DNA of 64,000 bases from Octopus sinensis (Eukaryota), in the NCBI RefSeq assembly GCF_006345805.1, contig NC_043006.1, forward strand, positions 18,228,001 to 18,292,000, written 5' to 3'. The translations under genes and the position numbers were made by a program. Under the pieces are notes generated by a model. The model saw only the letters and a program-made list of their open reading frames with translations, searched no databases and was not told the origin of the DNA. Numbering within the stretch: the stretch's first letter is position 1; every line of letters starts with the position of its first letter. Below are positions 1 to 11,504 of this stretch, piece by piece.

Positions 1-294
1 TATTGAGCGAAAACCCCTAAAGCTCCACGAGGCTCTGGCAGGGATGGTGGTGATCCCTGCTGTACTCTTTCACCACGACTTTCTCTCACTCTTACTTCCT
101 GTTTCTGTTGTACCTGTATTTCAAAGGGCTGGCCTTGTCACTCCCTGTGTCACGCTGAATATCCCCGAGAACTACGTTAAGGGTACACGTGTCTGTGGAG
201 TGCTCAGCCATTTACATGTTAATTTCACGAGCAGGCTGTTCCATTTATCGAATCAACCGGAACCCTCGTCGTCGTAACCGACGGAGGCTTCCCA
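1..294 (+). mobile_element. tRNA-derived SINE type C (body plus tail 1), 5' end outside window
   Basis: TATTGAGCGAAAAC..AGCTCCACGAGG..CTGTACTCTTT body shared with 10442-10750, 40182-40545 and 43284-43594. Confidence 0.8.
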
Positions 295-884
295 TTACTG
301 TATGAGTCTATAACTATGTGGACTGAAGAAGCAACAGATAAAATTCCATTGACCATAAACACACTTATTCTGCATAAATTATAGATTATAAAACTATTGA
401 ACTTCAATCGGTTTTTCAACACCTTACAGAATCAACATTCTACAACTTTCATCAAATCACTTAAACCCTTTTGTAGCAAGAAAGCAAAAAGTAAGGATGT
501 TCTTACATTGAGATGAAATTGGAATTGTATCCAGTTTTGCTTCACAGGAATCAGCAGAACTCAATACCTCAACCGCTCTCCACTGCCCCAACCTCTGGCC
601 AGAAAACTATTCTCCCTAAACGATTCCTTCCACATGTCTATTGCCCTCAACATCCTGGTGAAAAAGAGGCTGTCTGAATGCCCCACTACTTGATGTAACA
701 TCACTTCCCCTCACTAGCATTGCTCTACCCTCCTCACTTCTGACATCTCCCTTCATTCCTCCACACTCTTAGCATTTAAACTATCCACATTAGGTTCGAA
801 TATTCTAGCTGGTATATACTCAAACCAATCATATATAACTATATAACTATCTTTGTCTAATATATATATATATATGTATGTATA

Positions 885-921
<37 letters not shown>

Positions 922-926
<5 letters not shown>

Positions 927-1085
927 TAATCCAAACAAGAAAACAAAAAGACAACAACGCGAGGATGTGGAACAAATAAAGTATTATTGGACGCTCAGGA
1001 AAGAAGGGAAGAAGGAGGGTATGACGTTTCGAGCGGAGCTCTTTGTCGGAAACATAGGAGAAAGAAAGATCCTGAGGTGGGAGGA
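922..1085 (-). mobile_element. Penelope-like terminal fragment abutting (TA)n
   Basis: Inverted copy at 61432-61617; carries a degenerate hammerhead-like CCGACAA-AGAGC-TCC-GCTC-GAAACGT on the minus strand. Confidence 0.55.
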
Positions 1086-1187
1086 CAGAGGGAAAAAAAA
1101 TGCATATATATAAATGGCGGTGCCCCAGCATAGCCACAGCTCATGAGCTGAAACTAGATAAAATTAAAAAAAATATATATATATATA

Positions 1188-1520
1188 TCTGTAAATGTAA
1201 TATGTGACAATTATTCGGTAGCCAAGATAAAACTCTGAGTTTCGGATGGCGAAGTGGAAATCCACACCACCATCTCTTCAGTTATTCGGCCATCGGAAAA
1301 ACGCTATGAAAAATGGCCGTTATACAAAGCGGTCAATAACACAGTAATTTCCCTTTGTATAACGGCCATTTTTCATAGCGTTTTTCCGATGGCCGAATAA
1401 CTGAAGAGATGGTGGTGTGGATTTCCACCTCGCCATCTGAAACTCATTTACAGATAAATTTCTCTATTTACATAATATTGAGGTCTCTTTCTTTCTTTTG
1501 TTATCTTACCATTTTTACCA
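1188..1520. mobile_element. Fold-back Penelope-like fragment with 93-bp inverted arms
   Basis: 1237-1329 and 1353-1445 are reverse complements (2 mismatches); flanked by (TA)n; same end sequence recurs near 35230-35380. Confidence 0.65.
1219..1292 (-). ncRNA. Candidate minimal type I hammerhead ribozyme
   Basis: Minus strand: TGGCCGAATAA-CTGAAGA-long stem II-C-GAAA-CTCAGAG-TT-TTATCTTGGCTA; stems I, II and III can pair. Confidence 0.5.
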
Positions 1521-2051
1521 ATATATATATATATAGCGAGAAAGCGAGGATATGAGAGGTATTGGTGTCAAGAAGACCCAAAAGTATCAGGTAATGCTGA
1601 GTAAATGCTATGGACAGACTATAGCTAAGATCCAGGTTTGATGATGATACAAATGAGGAGTCCAACGTAGGGTGTATATTAGCATGTATATATATATATA
1701 TATAAAAATTAACAGAATGAGATTTAAAAAATCCAAGGCTGTGAAAGTTTTCAGAACATTCATAAAGAGGGCTTACAGCTGTTTCCATGATATTTTATAT
1801 ATCCCTTCATCAGAGACAGTGCGAGAAAATGTTTAAGTAATATTTATTTTAGAGAAGATATGAAATACAGAGTGAAGTGGAGGAATGAAAACAGACGTGA
1901 GATACGTAAGGATATTGTATCTGCAGCTCCATTATTTAAGCAGAATGGTGTATATGTAAGTTTCCTGCACCTGGTGTGTGAGTTCCAATGGTGTTTATAA
2001 TTGGTCGTTCCAAGCATAGAGTCTTGTAAACAGTGTTATTCGATCGAGTAT

Positions 2052-2520
2052 CATCATCCTTTAACGTCCACTTTCCATGCTAGCATGGGTTGGACGATTT
2101 GACTGAGGGCTGGCGAACCAGATGGCTGTGCCAGGCTCCATTCTGATCTGGCAGAGTTTCTACAGCTGGATACCCTTCCTAATGCCAACCACTCCGAGAG
2201 TGTAATGGGTGTTTTTACGTGCCACCAGCACGAGGGCCAGTCTGGCGGTACTGGCAACGGCCACACTCGAAATGGTGGTTTTATGTGCCACCTGCACAGG
2301 AGTCACTCCAGCGGCATTGGCAATGACCTTGCTCAAATGTTTTGTTCACATGCCATCAGCACAAGTGCCAGTAAGGCAACACAGGTAATGATCACACTCA
2401 GATGGTGTTTTTTATGTGCCCACCAGCATGGAAGCCAGACAGCTGCTCTGACAGTGATCCCGCTCAGATGGATCTGTTAGCGCTCCACTGGCACGGGTGT
2501 CAGTCATCGAATTTGGTTCA
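2052..2520 (-). mobile_element. 5'-truncated RTE 3'UTR copy with (GAT)n tail
   Basis: CCAACCCATGCTAGCATGGAAAG tail and GTGCC..GGCAC repeat units as at 25283-25618. Confidence 0.75.
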
Positions 2521-2527
2521 ATTTCGA

Positions 2528-2565
<38 letters not shown>

Positions 2566-3500
2566 CGACTCCACTACTATTAGCTTGTCTCCATTTTTAC
2601 ATCTCTGAGAAGAAACTAATATTTGTTTCACAAGTATAATTTTCGTTATATTTACTATAATTTTTTAAAATTTTCCTGGGAAAAAAAATGTTGCTATTTT
2701 GTTTGCTTTATCTGTCACAAGAACACTTAAAATAATATTCAAAGAACCTGATTTCTTCTGACAACACAGTATTTAAACAGATTAATATTGTTTGTTTACA
2801 TTTTCTTCATCATAAGCTCAAAGGTTGTAATATGTTAAATAATATTTATAATATTTACTAACAGAGAGGGTTTAATCTGTTATTAAGATTGTTTTTAGTA
2901 CGGAACTAACGAAGAAAAAGGAAAGCAACGAAAGCAAAGTGCAAACAACTGATGCTGGAAATGCACAAGATGTAAAGCTCTAATACCAATCATCATAACA
3001 ATATGTGGTGAAGTAAAAAAAAAAAAACACTCAAAACTTTGAATATTTAATCCAATGTGTTCAAGATTGGAGTACATAGCTGGTGAAGAACCAATAGTGG
3101 GAATGATAACATGGCCCTCGGGAGATGTGTTGACTTTTTGCATATATGTGTATAAGTGCAAATATATGTTATGTGCATATATGTGAGATGCTTGTGTGTG
3201 CATGTGCGTGTGTGTGTGTGTGCGTGTACACATGTATATATACACTCTCATACATACCACATTCATACACAAACATCCATTCAAGAATTTGGACCTGGAG
3301 ATCTCCATTTCCAGCGACTTCAAGGGCCACCTTCCAGTGGTGTCGGGCGTCAACAACAAGATGACGAAAGTTTTTTTTTCCAAGGTCTGGGGTCTCCCAC
3401 CCCTAAGCTCTAGTAGTTGCTTTGTTTTTATAATCACCCTTACCCATCTTGTTGCTTAACAACAACACACACATGTATACATACACTCTCATACATACCT

Positions 3501-3732
3501 ATTTCTTTACTACCCACAAAGGGCTAAACACAGAGGGGACAAACAAGGAGAGACAAACGGATTAAGTCGATTATATCGACCCCAGTGCATAACTGGTACT
3601 TATTTAATCGATCCCGAAAGGATGAAAGGCAAAGTCGACCTCGGTGGAATTTGAACTCAGAACGTAACGGCAGACGAAATACCGCTAAGCATTTCGCCCG
3701 GCATGCTAACGATTTTGCCAGCTCGCCGCCTT
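3501..3732 (-). mobile_element. tRNA-derived SINE type B
   Basis: GGCGAGCTGGCA head, B-box-like GAGTTCAAATTCC, AGCCCTTTGTGGG..TAAAGAAAT tail. Confidence 0.85.
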
Positions 3733-4092
3733 CACATTCATGCATACCACTTTCACACACACACACACATGTATACATACACTCTCATACATACCATGTT
3801 CACACACACACATACACACACATATATTTGTGAGTGTGTATCTTTACACATACATGCAACGAACATGTTTTTCAAGAACATTTTTTTTTCTGTGCCATAT
3901 TATTGCCTTTTGCAATAACAGCAAGCTGGCAGAATTGTTTGAAACAACAAAGAAATGCCTTGTGGTATTTTCCTGGATTTTACATTCTAAATTCAAATCC
4001 CACAAAGGCCAACTTTGCCTTTCAACCTTTCAGTGGTTGATAAAATAAAGCACCAGTCAAATACTGGTGCTGATGGTATCAACACCAGTATT

Positions 4093-4324
4093 AAGGCAGC
4101 GAGCTGGCAGAAACGTTAACACGCCGGGTGAAATGCGTAGCCGTATTTCGTCTGCCGCTATGTTCTGAGTTCAAATTCTGCCAAGGTTGACTTTGCCTTT
4201 CATCCTTTCGGGGTCGATAAATTAAGTACCAGTTACGTACTGGGGTTGATGTAATCAACTTAACCCGTTTGTCTGTCCTTGTTTGTCCCCTTTATGTTTA
4301 GCCCCTTGTGGGTAATTAAGAAAC
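4093..4324 (+). mobile_element. tRNA-derived SINE type B
   Basis: Same head, body and tail as 3501-3732. Confidence 0.85.
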
Positions 4325-4999
4325 AGGTATCAACTCACCCCCATCTTCTCCAATTTTCTGGCCTTTGTGCCGAAATCAGAAATATTATTCTCTTTGCAGC
4401 TATTTACCTGTACTTGAACACTGGACTAAGTATTCAAAGTTTTAGGGTTTTTTTCTTTATCCCATATAACAATGGTCATTATTAGAATTTCTCTTTCTTT
4501 GCATCTCCAACATTCATTATTTTTTGCTTTGCTTTTGTTTTCTTCTTTCTTCCTTCCTTCATTCTGTACTAAAAACAGTAAAGCAGTCTTAATAGCATTA
4601 AATCTCTGGTTAGTAAATATTGCATAACTAATTACAGCCCTTTATTCTATGATGAAGGAAATAAAACCAAACAATACTACCTGTGTAAATACTATGTTGC
4701 CTATAAAAATTAGTTTCCTCGAATATGATTCTAAGTGCTTGTGTGACAAATAAACCAAAGAAGTTTGCAGTATTTTTTCAGGAAAATATAAACAGTTGTA
4801 AATATAGGGCTTCCCAATAAAAAGTAATACAAAGGAAAATATATTTGTAAAACAAATAGTTATTTTTCTTGTCAGAGATGTAAAAATAGAGGCAAGCTAA
4901 TAGTAGTTGAACACAAATCAAGTTACAAATGAAAGGTTAAAAATTCTCTGAGGAAATTTCCGATTTTTGTAGTGAATATTCTCTCTCAATCTAGTTTCT

Positions 5000-5215
5000 T
5001 TAATCTAAAATCGATTTACTCGTTTCCAGTGAATGTTTACCGACAGTTTTTCAGACTGTCAAATGACAATCTTAGTATTAAATAGCGTGCGATCTTTGGT
5101 TTGGCAGGGATATATACGTCATCAGCAAATTTAGCGTAGGAAAAAGTGTATTACAAACAACTCTGTGTTTCCGGAAGATGTCACCCGAATAACAGTTGCT
5201 TGCTTCCGGTATGGA
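5000..5215. promoter_or_regulatory. Possible promoter-like segment
   Basis: Non-repeat, CpG-containing; TACGTCA at 5115, TTCCGGAA at 5169, CTTCCGGT at 5203 (CRE half-site and ETS-like motifs). Confidence 0.25.
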
Positions 5216-5809
5216 TGGACAATGAAAATGAACTATTTTTTTCTTTCTAAAAAGAAACGAGGCTACGTAAATATAACCAAGGATAATATATTGATCAATG
5301 CATTAGTCGGTCAGCTTTTGTTTTCATTAACTTGAAACGTAAAACATTCTGGATTTTACCATTTAATTGTTTTATTTTTAAAGTTTTCCTATCTTCTGGA
5401 ATTCATTAAAAAAATCTGTGCTGACCAACTTTGGTTATTGTGAATTTGTTCTGCATGTTTTCCTTCTTTTCCAGGTTTGGAATGCTGTTAAATCATTTTA
5501 ACACATCATCAGTATTTTATCAACCGACTTTCCATGCTTGCATGGGTAAGATGGAATTTATTGAGGCAGATTTTTTCTACAATGAAATGACTTTCCTGTT
5601 GTCAACTCTTACCTGTTTCCAAACCAGGTAATATTTTTTTCTATGACCAGACACCATGTTTTCACGGAATATTCGAAAGGAGTGACATTCATCTACAACA
5701 ATCATATGTTCTCGAGACAAGGAAACACAAATACTCACACATTCACATTCACACACACATACATAGGTACATTCATGCATACGTACATACATATACAAAT
5801 ATATATAAA

Positions 5810-6205
5810 TCTTTATATATAAAAGTGAAGTTGTGTGTCTGTCTCCTACGATTTAGATTCCTAACTACTCCCACATTTTGCGGTGCAGTGTAACCAAAAG
5901 CGGGTATCTTATAGTCGTGATTCATATTGAGCCCTTCTGGGTATTAGCGCGCATCTACGATGAGTCTACGATTTAAAAAAAAATTTACCATCATTTTCCC
6001 CATTTTTAATGCATTTTTTTTGCTATTATATAAGGGAAGTAACTCTCTAAAAATGTATTATTAAATCTCAGAACGTAAAAAGCTACAGTAACACCCCCCC
6101 TTTGTGGTTAGCCATATTGAGATGGCTATTATAATTTACATCTCTAAAAATGCTTATATAGTTATTTCCCTTATAAACCCGAGCAACGCCGGGCGATACT
6201 GCTAG
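5810..6205 (+). mobile_element. Non-autonomous Helitron
   Basis: 5' A|TCTTTATATATAAAA; 3' hairpin CCCGAGCAACGCCGGG then CTAG|T; no TSD; first ~240 bp shared with 59690-59930. Confidence 0.8.
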
Positions 6206-6230
6206 TATATATATATATATAGAGAGAGAC

Positions 6231-6526
6231 CAGTTGTATACTGTCAACTTAACGTGGCAGTCCCATAGAGGGAATTACATCACCACTATTTAGCCCTAGG
6301 AAGCATCTTCAGACTGATGCTACTCCAGACTGATGACGAGCAAGACTCAGAAACATGTCTCTGGATGCAGGCCTTGCTGTTGGGGGTGCTTGTCTCCCCT
6401 TCGTAAATATAAGGACATAGGAAATGTGTCAAGACCGACAGGAAACCTTGATGCTTCCTAGGGCTAAATAGCGGTGGTGTAATTCCCTCAATGGGACTGT
6501 CACGTTAAGTTGACAGTATACAACTG
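6231..6526. mobile_element. Fold-back element with 77-bp inverted repeats containing a hammerhead motif
   Basis: 6231-6307 vs 6450-6526 match 73/77 as reverse complements. Confidence 0.8.
6318..6369 (+). ncRNA. Candidate minimal type I hammerhead ribozyme
   Basis: TCCAGA-CTGATGA-C-GAG CAAGA CTC-A-GAAA-CATG-TC-TCTGGA: 6-bp stem I, canonical core, palindromic ACATGT stem III, GUC site. Confidence 0.7.
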
Positions 6527-6602
6527 CTCTATCATTCCACCACCACTCATATTTCTAATTATATATATATAAATATGTGTGTATGTGTGTATATAAATAT
6601 AA

Positions 6603-6636
<34 letters not shown>

Positions 6637-6759
6637 TATATACAGTGGCAGACTGACTAGGTTGCCAGCTTGCCCAATGGCAAGTGGGCCCTGTGCCATC
6701 AGAATCCATATATGGGGGCCCGTGTTAGTATCTAAGGACGCATCCACTACAGACTTGAT

Positions 6760-7070
6760 TGCCTAGGTAGCAGAAGTTATTAACTACAAGTTTCTTCACC
6801 TGGTTTGTGATGGAATCTGTTTTCTGTACATCTTCAGTGTTTATTGCCCCTGTGCATCTGCCACACACAAAAAACTATCTTCCCACTTAACCTCCTTTTG
6901 ATATTGCTGCACCTTTTATGTGTCCATAACTTATACCAGGTACATCGTATGGAGTTTCTACCCCTGCCTTTTCTACAGATCGAGCAGGCCATTTACCTGA
7001 AGGGGGTTTGCGATTTGACAACCTTCCTACTTACTAAGATTTTGGTTTTTGCTACTTGACTCTAAGGCCC
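6760..7070 (-). mobile_element. RTE ORF2 fragment (PHD-finger region), degraded
   Basis: Translates to KGLR..CSICRKG.GRNSIRCTWYKLWTHKRCSN..VCGRCTGAINTEDVQK..FCYLGNQV, homologous to 18660-18910. Confidence 0.8.
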
Positions 7071-7149
7071 TTAGGTGGTGGTGGTGGTGGTGGTGGTGGT
7101 GGTGCTGCTGCTGGTGCTGCTGGTGCTGGTGTTGGTGGTGATGATGCAA

Positions 7150-7530
7150 CAAATCACCCAGTCTAGGAGGAAGGATGCTACATGCAGTGAATCTTTCATT
7201 GGACTTCAGATAGTTGACATAGCCAGCCTTGGAGAGAACATGGTCACACATTTCACACTTCCAATATTTTATGTTCTCACTGAGATTCTGATGACAGCCC
7301 CTCCAAAGCCAGCACTTTAAGCTTTCATGTAGAGAGCAAACTTCTTCAAAAGTTTTACAACTTTCTCTTGTTCACTTCCTCTGCTCAGCTCTTCCCAAAA
7401 CAAGTGCTTCCCAGTTCCTTCAAATTGTCTTTTATGAAGTCTTTGCACCTTTTTTCTGGTTTGTGCTGAGGACACTTTCCAGTGCACAGCTCACCATAGA
7501 ACAGCTGCTTTGGAATCCTGTTTATTATCT
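7150..7530 (-). mobile_element. RTE-BovB-type ORF2 C-terminal fragment
   Basis: RIPKQLFYGELCTGK motif and a decayed CEMCDHVLSKAGYVNYLKS zinc-finger-like end. Confidence 0.7.
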
Positions 7531-7579
7531 TACATATACACAACATACATACATTCATAAGTACATAATATAATATATA

Positions 7580-7760
7580 ATAAATGCATACGCACACATA
7601 CACACGCACATACACACACACAGACACACACACACACATACACGTGCCCACACACACACACATGCACACACACAACACACACACGCACGCACACACACAC
7701 ACACACACACACACGCACGCACACACACACACACACGCACACACACACACACACTCACAC
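7580..7760. repeat. (CA)n/(CG) compound microsatellite
   Basis: Direct inspection. Confidence 0.95.
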
Positions 7761-8577
7761 GAACATGAACTAATTAATCATCATGTGTGAAACCCAATAT
7801 GCTATCTTTCAGATAGTGTGTTCACACAAGTAATTCATTAGAATTATTATTGCTATAGAGTTACTATCGCAATTAATAATGCACAACGAATCATCTGTGA
7901 TATCAAAGTTTAATTTGCCTGCCTAATGAGAGAACATGACAAATCCTTCACTTGTAACTTCATTATTGCAACCTTACTAGATTCCATCCATGGATCTAGT
8001 GTTTGCTGATTTGTTTTCGTAGGTCTTCTTTCGTTTTGTTCAGGGAAGGTGGGGAAAGGTTCTGATGGTTATAAAAACACAGAAATATTCATCTTTGGTT
8101 ATTTGCAGCAAGCAGCTTTTTCACAAGCAATGATGATCTGGGAATAATTATACAACAATCACAAGAAATTTGAGAGGATTAGAAATATCTTCAAATGTAT
8201 TTAAGTCTTTAAATTTAAAACACTTAAGGCTTAAAGTTATTTGGCAACTAACAAAAGATGATATCTCTGTCTTATAGAATTAATAACGACATTCAAAACC
8301 TGACATAATCTTTTCGTGAGTGGCCAAATGTCAGAATCGTTAGAGCATCAAACTCACTGGTTTGTGGTGGTTGTTCAGCCTCTTGATTATCTGAGTCCAA
8401 AAATGGTCAAGATATGACGGTGATGCTCATTTACAACTATCAAATGTTATCAAGGAAATACTACACACAAATACAAACACCTATAAATAGATACAAACAT
8501 ATGACATACATAAACGTACACACACACACACACGACAAGCTTCTTTTGACTTACATGAAGCCTTTTCAGTTTTGATA

Positions 8578-8860
8578 ATCATCATCGTTTAACGTCCGCT
8601 TTCCATGCTAGCATGGGTTGGATGATTTGACTGAGGACCGGTGAACCAGATGGCTGCACCAGGCTCCAATCTTGATCTGGCAGAGTTTCTACAGCAGGAT
8701 GCCCTTCCTAATGCCAACCACACCAAGAGTGTAGTGGGTGCTTTTACATGCCACCAGCACGGGGGCCAGTCAGGCAGTACTGGCAACGGCCATGCTCAAA
8801 TGGTGTTTTTTACATGCCACCTGCACAGGAGCTAGTCCAGCGGCACTGGCAAAGAGCTTC
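8578..8860 (-). mobile_element. 5'-truncated RTE 3'UTR copy
   Basis: Same tail as 2052-2520. Confidence 0.75.
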
Positions 8861-8947
8861 TGTATAGGCATGTACATATGTATGTATGTATGTGTATGTA
8901 TGTATGTATGTGTATGTATGTATGTATGTGTGTATGTATGTATGTAT

Positions 8948-9680
8948 ATTTCCAGTTATAGAAGAGATGGCATTTGAACCAACTCTAAATGACATTTATT
9001 TAGCTGTGAATAAGCTGAATAACAATAAGTCTCCAGAGTCTGATGGAATCTGTGCAGAAGTCTTGAAATATGAGGGTGACAAAATGTTTGAACTCTTAAA
9101 TATATTAATTTGTCACTGTTGGAGAACTGAGAAAGTACCTCAAGACTGGATTGGAATGGTTCCAGAAGATATAGAAACCCTTGCTTCAGATCGAGTTGGA
9201 TGGCGAACAAAGGTGTGAAGTGGAGTGAAAGCATCTGAAGAGGCCAGGATAAAGCAAGTAAGACTCAAAAGAGATCTAAAGCAGAATGTAATGATCGAGA
9301 AAGTGAATGACAATGACCTTTTTGTGTGCACAGTTTGTGATAGACCATACCTGTCTGTTGCTGGTCTCAAATCTCATCTGTGAACGCATGGAAAACAAAC
9401 ATCCACAAACTATTCTGACTGTATGTCTGTGCACACCTTTGAATGCAGTGTATGCCTGAAGGTATGCAAATCCAATGGAAGTCTCAAAGGACATGTTAAG
9501 ATCCACATAGAGTAGAACTTATCTGCAGGTATTGGTGGTCCAAATCAGAGGTACAATCTATGCGAGTGTCTTTTCTGAACATTGTCTGGTTTAAAAAGCC
9601 ACATCAGACGCCATGATGGTGCTAAAGTTTAGGTACAGGAGGTGGTCAAACTCTGTATAAGGAGTAGACAACCACCACCA
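8948..9680 (+). mobile_element. Internally deleted RTE-BovB-type LINE with three C-terminal C2H2 fingers (pseudogenic)
   Basis: KSPESDGICAEVLK..VPQDW joined to DIETLASDRVGWR; downstream in the same frame three C2H2 motifs with in-frame stops; (CAC)n tail. Confidence 0.75.
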
Positions 9681-9714
9681 CCATATATGTGTGTATGTAT
9701 GTATGTATGTATGT

Positions 9715-9830
9715 CATTATTCAGTTTTATTTCAAGATTTCTTGCCAATAGAGAAGGAGCCAGTTTCTAACCTAGATGTAAGGCTCCTTCATTGGAATTT
9801 CAACAACGTGGTATTTTTGTATGTAGGTAT
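9715..9830 (+). repeat. Unclassified interspersed repeat next to (TATG)n
   Basis: Inverted copy at ~33000-33125, also bordered by (TACA)n. Confidence 0.7.
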
Positions 9831-10244
9831 ATGTACAAATTTGTATGTTTTGTTTTATGTGTGTATTCTCATGCATATATTTGCATATCTAGTCATGTTT
9901 ATATATATTTAAACGATAAACTTCTGGAAAGTTTTACAGATTTTTTTTTCAGTTCCATGCCAAAATTGACCTCATCTGCACTGGTGTCACATAAAAAGCA
10001 CTCAGTTTACCCTGCAGGGTGGTTGACATTAGGAAGAGCATCCAGGTGTAAAAACCATGCCAAAACAGGCACAGAAGTCTGGTGCAGTCTTCTGCCTGGC
10101 CAGTACCAGTCAAACCATCCAACCCATACCAGCATGGAAGGCAGATGCTAAACAATGATGATGACTATGAGGGATGCGTGACATGAAAAGCCATTTCCAT
10201 GCACATGCAAGAATGAAAGTAAAACAGAACATGTTGTTGTGACC

Positions 10245-10441
10245 TCCTTCGGTCATGAATGACCATGGGATTGCACCTAGAAAGTTACCCTCCAAGGTAC
10301 AAGTCTGGGCAAGGTTGTTTATGGAAGACCAGCAGTCGCCCATGCATACCAGCCTCCCCTCTCCACGCCACCGATGTTATCCAAGGGAAAGGCAAAGGCC
10401 GATACAGCTTCGCACCAGTGAAGTTGCAGCTCATTTCTTAA
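10245..10441 (-). mobile_element. SINE type D, 3' part
   Basis: Matches 46570-46780 and 15850-16069. Confidence 0.7.
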
Positions 10442-10750
10442 CGTGCAAGTGGCTGAGCACTCCACAGACACGTGTAGCCTTAACGTAGTTCTCGGGGAGA
10501 TTCAGCATGGCACAGAGTCTGACAAGGCTGGACCTTTGAATCACAGGCACAACAGAAACAGCAAGAAAGAACGAGAGAAAGTTGCGGCAAAAGAGTACAG
10601 CAGGGATCGCCACCACCCCCCTGCCGGAGCCTTGTAGAGCTTTAGGTGTTTTCACTCAATAAACACTCACAATGCCCGGTCTGGAAATCGAAACCGCAAT
10701 CCTACGATCGCGAGTCTGCTGCCCAAACCACTGGGCCATTGTGCCTCCAC
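10442..10750 (-). mobile_element. tRNA-derived SINE type C (tail 1, truncated)
   Basis: GGAGGCACAATGGCCCAGTGG head; tail matches 100-210. Confidence 0.8.
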
Positions 10751-11504
10751 ATTGTGTATGTATATGTGTGTATAAATTGCCATGTTTTTAAAATTACCTT
10801 AATTTTCATACTAATTCTTGCCTTCCTGGGCTAGTTTTCCACTACATTTCTTAGAAGTTGTGGTTCTATGATTTCTATGACACAAACTTCTGAATTAAAA
10901 TCTTTCACCACAATTTTATGTTAATTTGTTCCAATAATGAGTAAATAATTTTACTAAATTCTTCATTATTTTAAAAATTAATTGAAACAGAGGCAGTGCA
11001 TTTCAGCAGAAATATGGTAACAAAAGGGTTAAACACTGAAAAATATTAGATCAAATGTTTGAATGACTATAACTTCTGTATGACACTAGGGATCTGATGA
11101 AATTATAAATAACACTAAAAGAGATATTATATATGGTTTATTTACTAGAATGTTATCTTGCACCATTTCCGCTACTGACACTCTTGAACTCAACTTTTCT
11201 CAAGATATAAAAAAAATGCAAATAAAGTTGTAATCTTGCCAAAGACTAAGAAGATTAGATTTCATTGCTTTTAAAACCAACATTGGCTGGAAGCTTGTTT
11301 GAATAACCATAAATTCTGAAAACTAATAGGAATCAATAACATTGAACCTATGCTCCATTTCTTTGGCCTTGAACTAGTTTTTCCAGTCTTAGAAGTCCAT
11401 GGCTCCCTTTTTTTTTCTTGTTTATTTGTTTCTGTCGTCCGACTGAATAAGAAGTCAGGCCTTCTTAAAGTGGTAACAGCAATAATTTCGTTAATGTGGT
11501 TAAT

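Larger units (their letters stand above)
2574..4906. repeat. Old inverted duplication (arms ~2574-3083 and ~4397-4906)
   Basis: Colinear reverse-complement similarity, e.g. CTACTATTAGCTTGTCTCCATTTTTACATCTCTGAGAAGAAA vs rc CTACTATTAGCTTGCCTCTATTTTTACATCTCTGACAAGAAA. Confidence 0.75.

Noticed and set aside
6642-6750. CAGTGGCAGACTG..GGGCCC as a MITE
   Set aside because: Only one possible terminus; no matching inverted end or TSD found.
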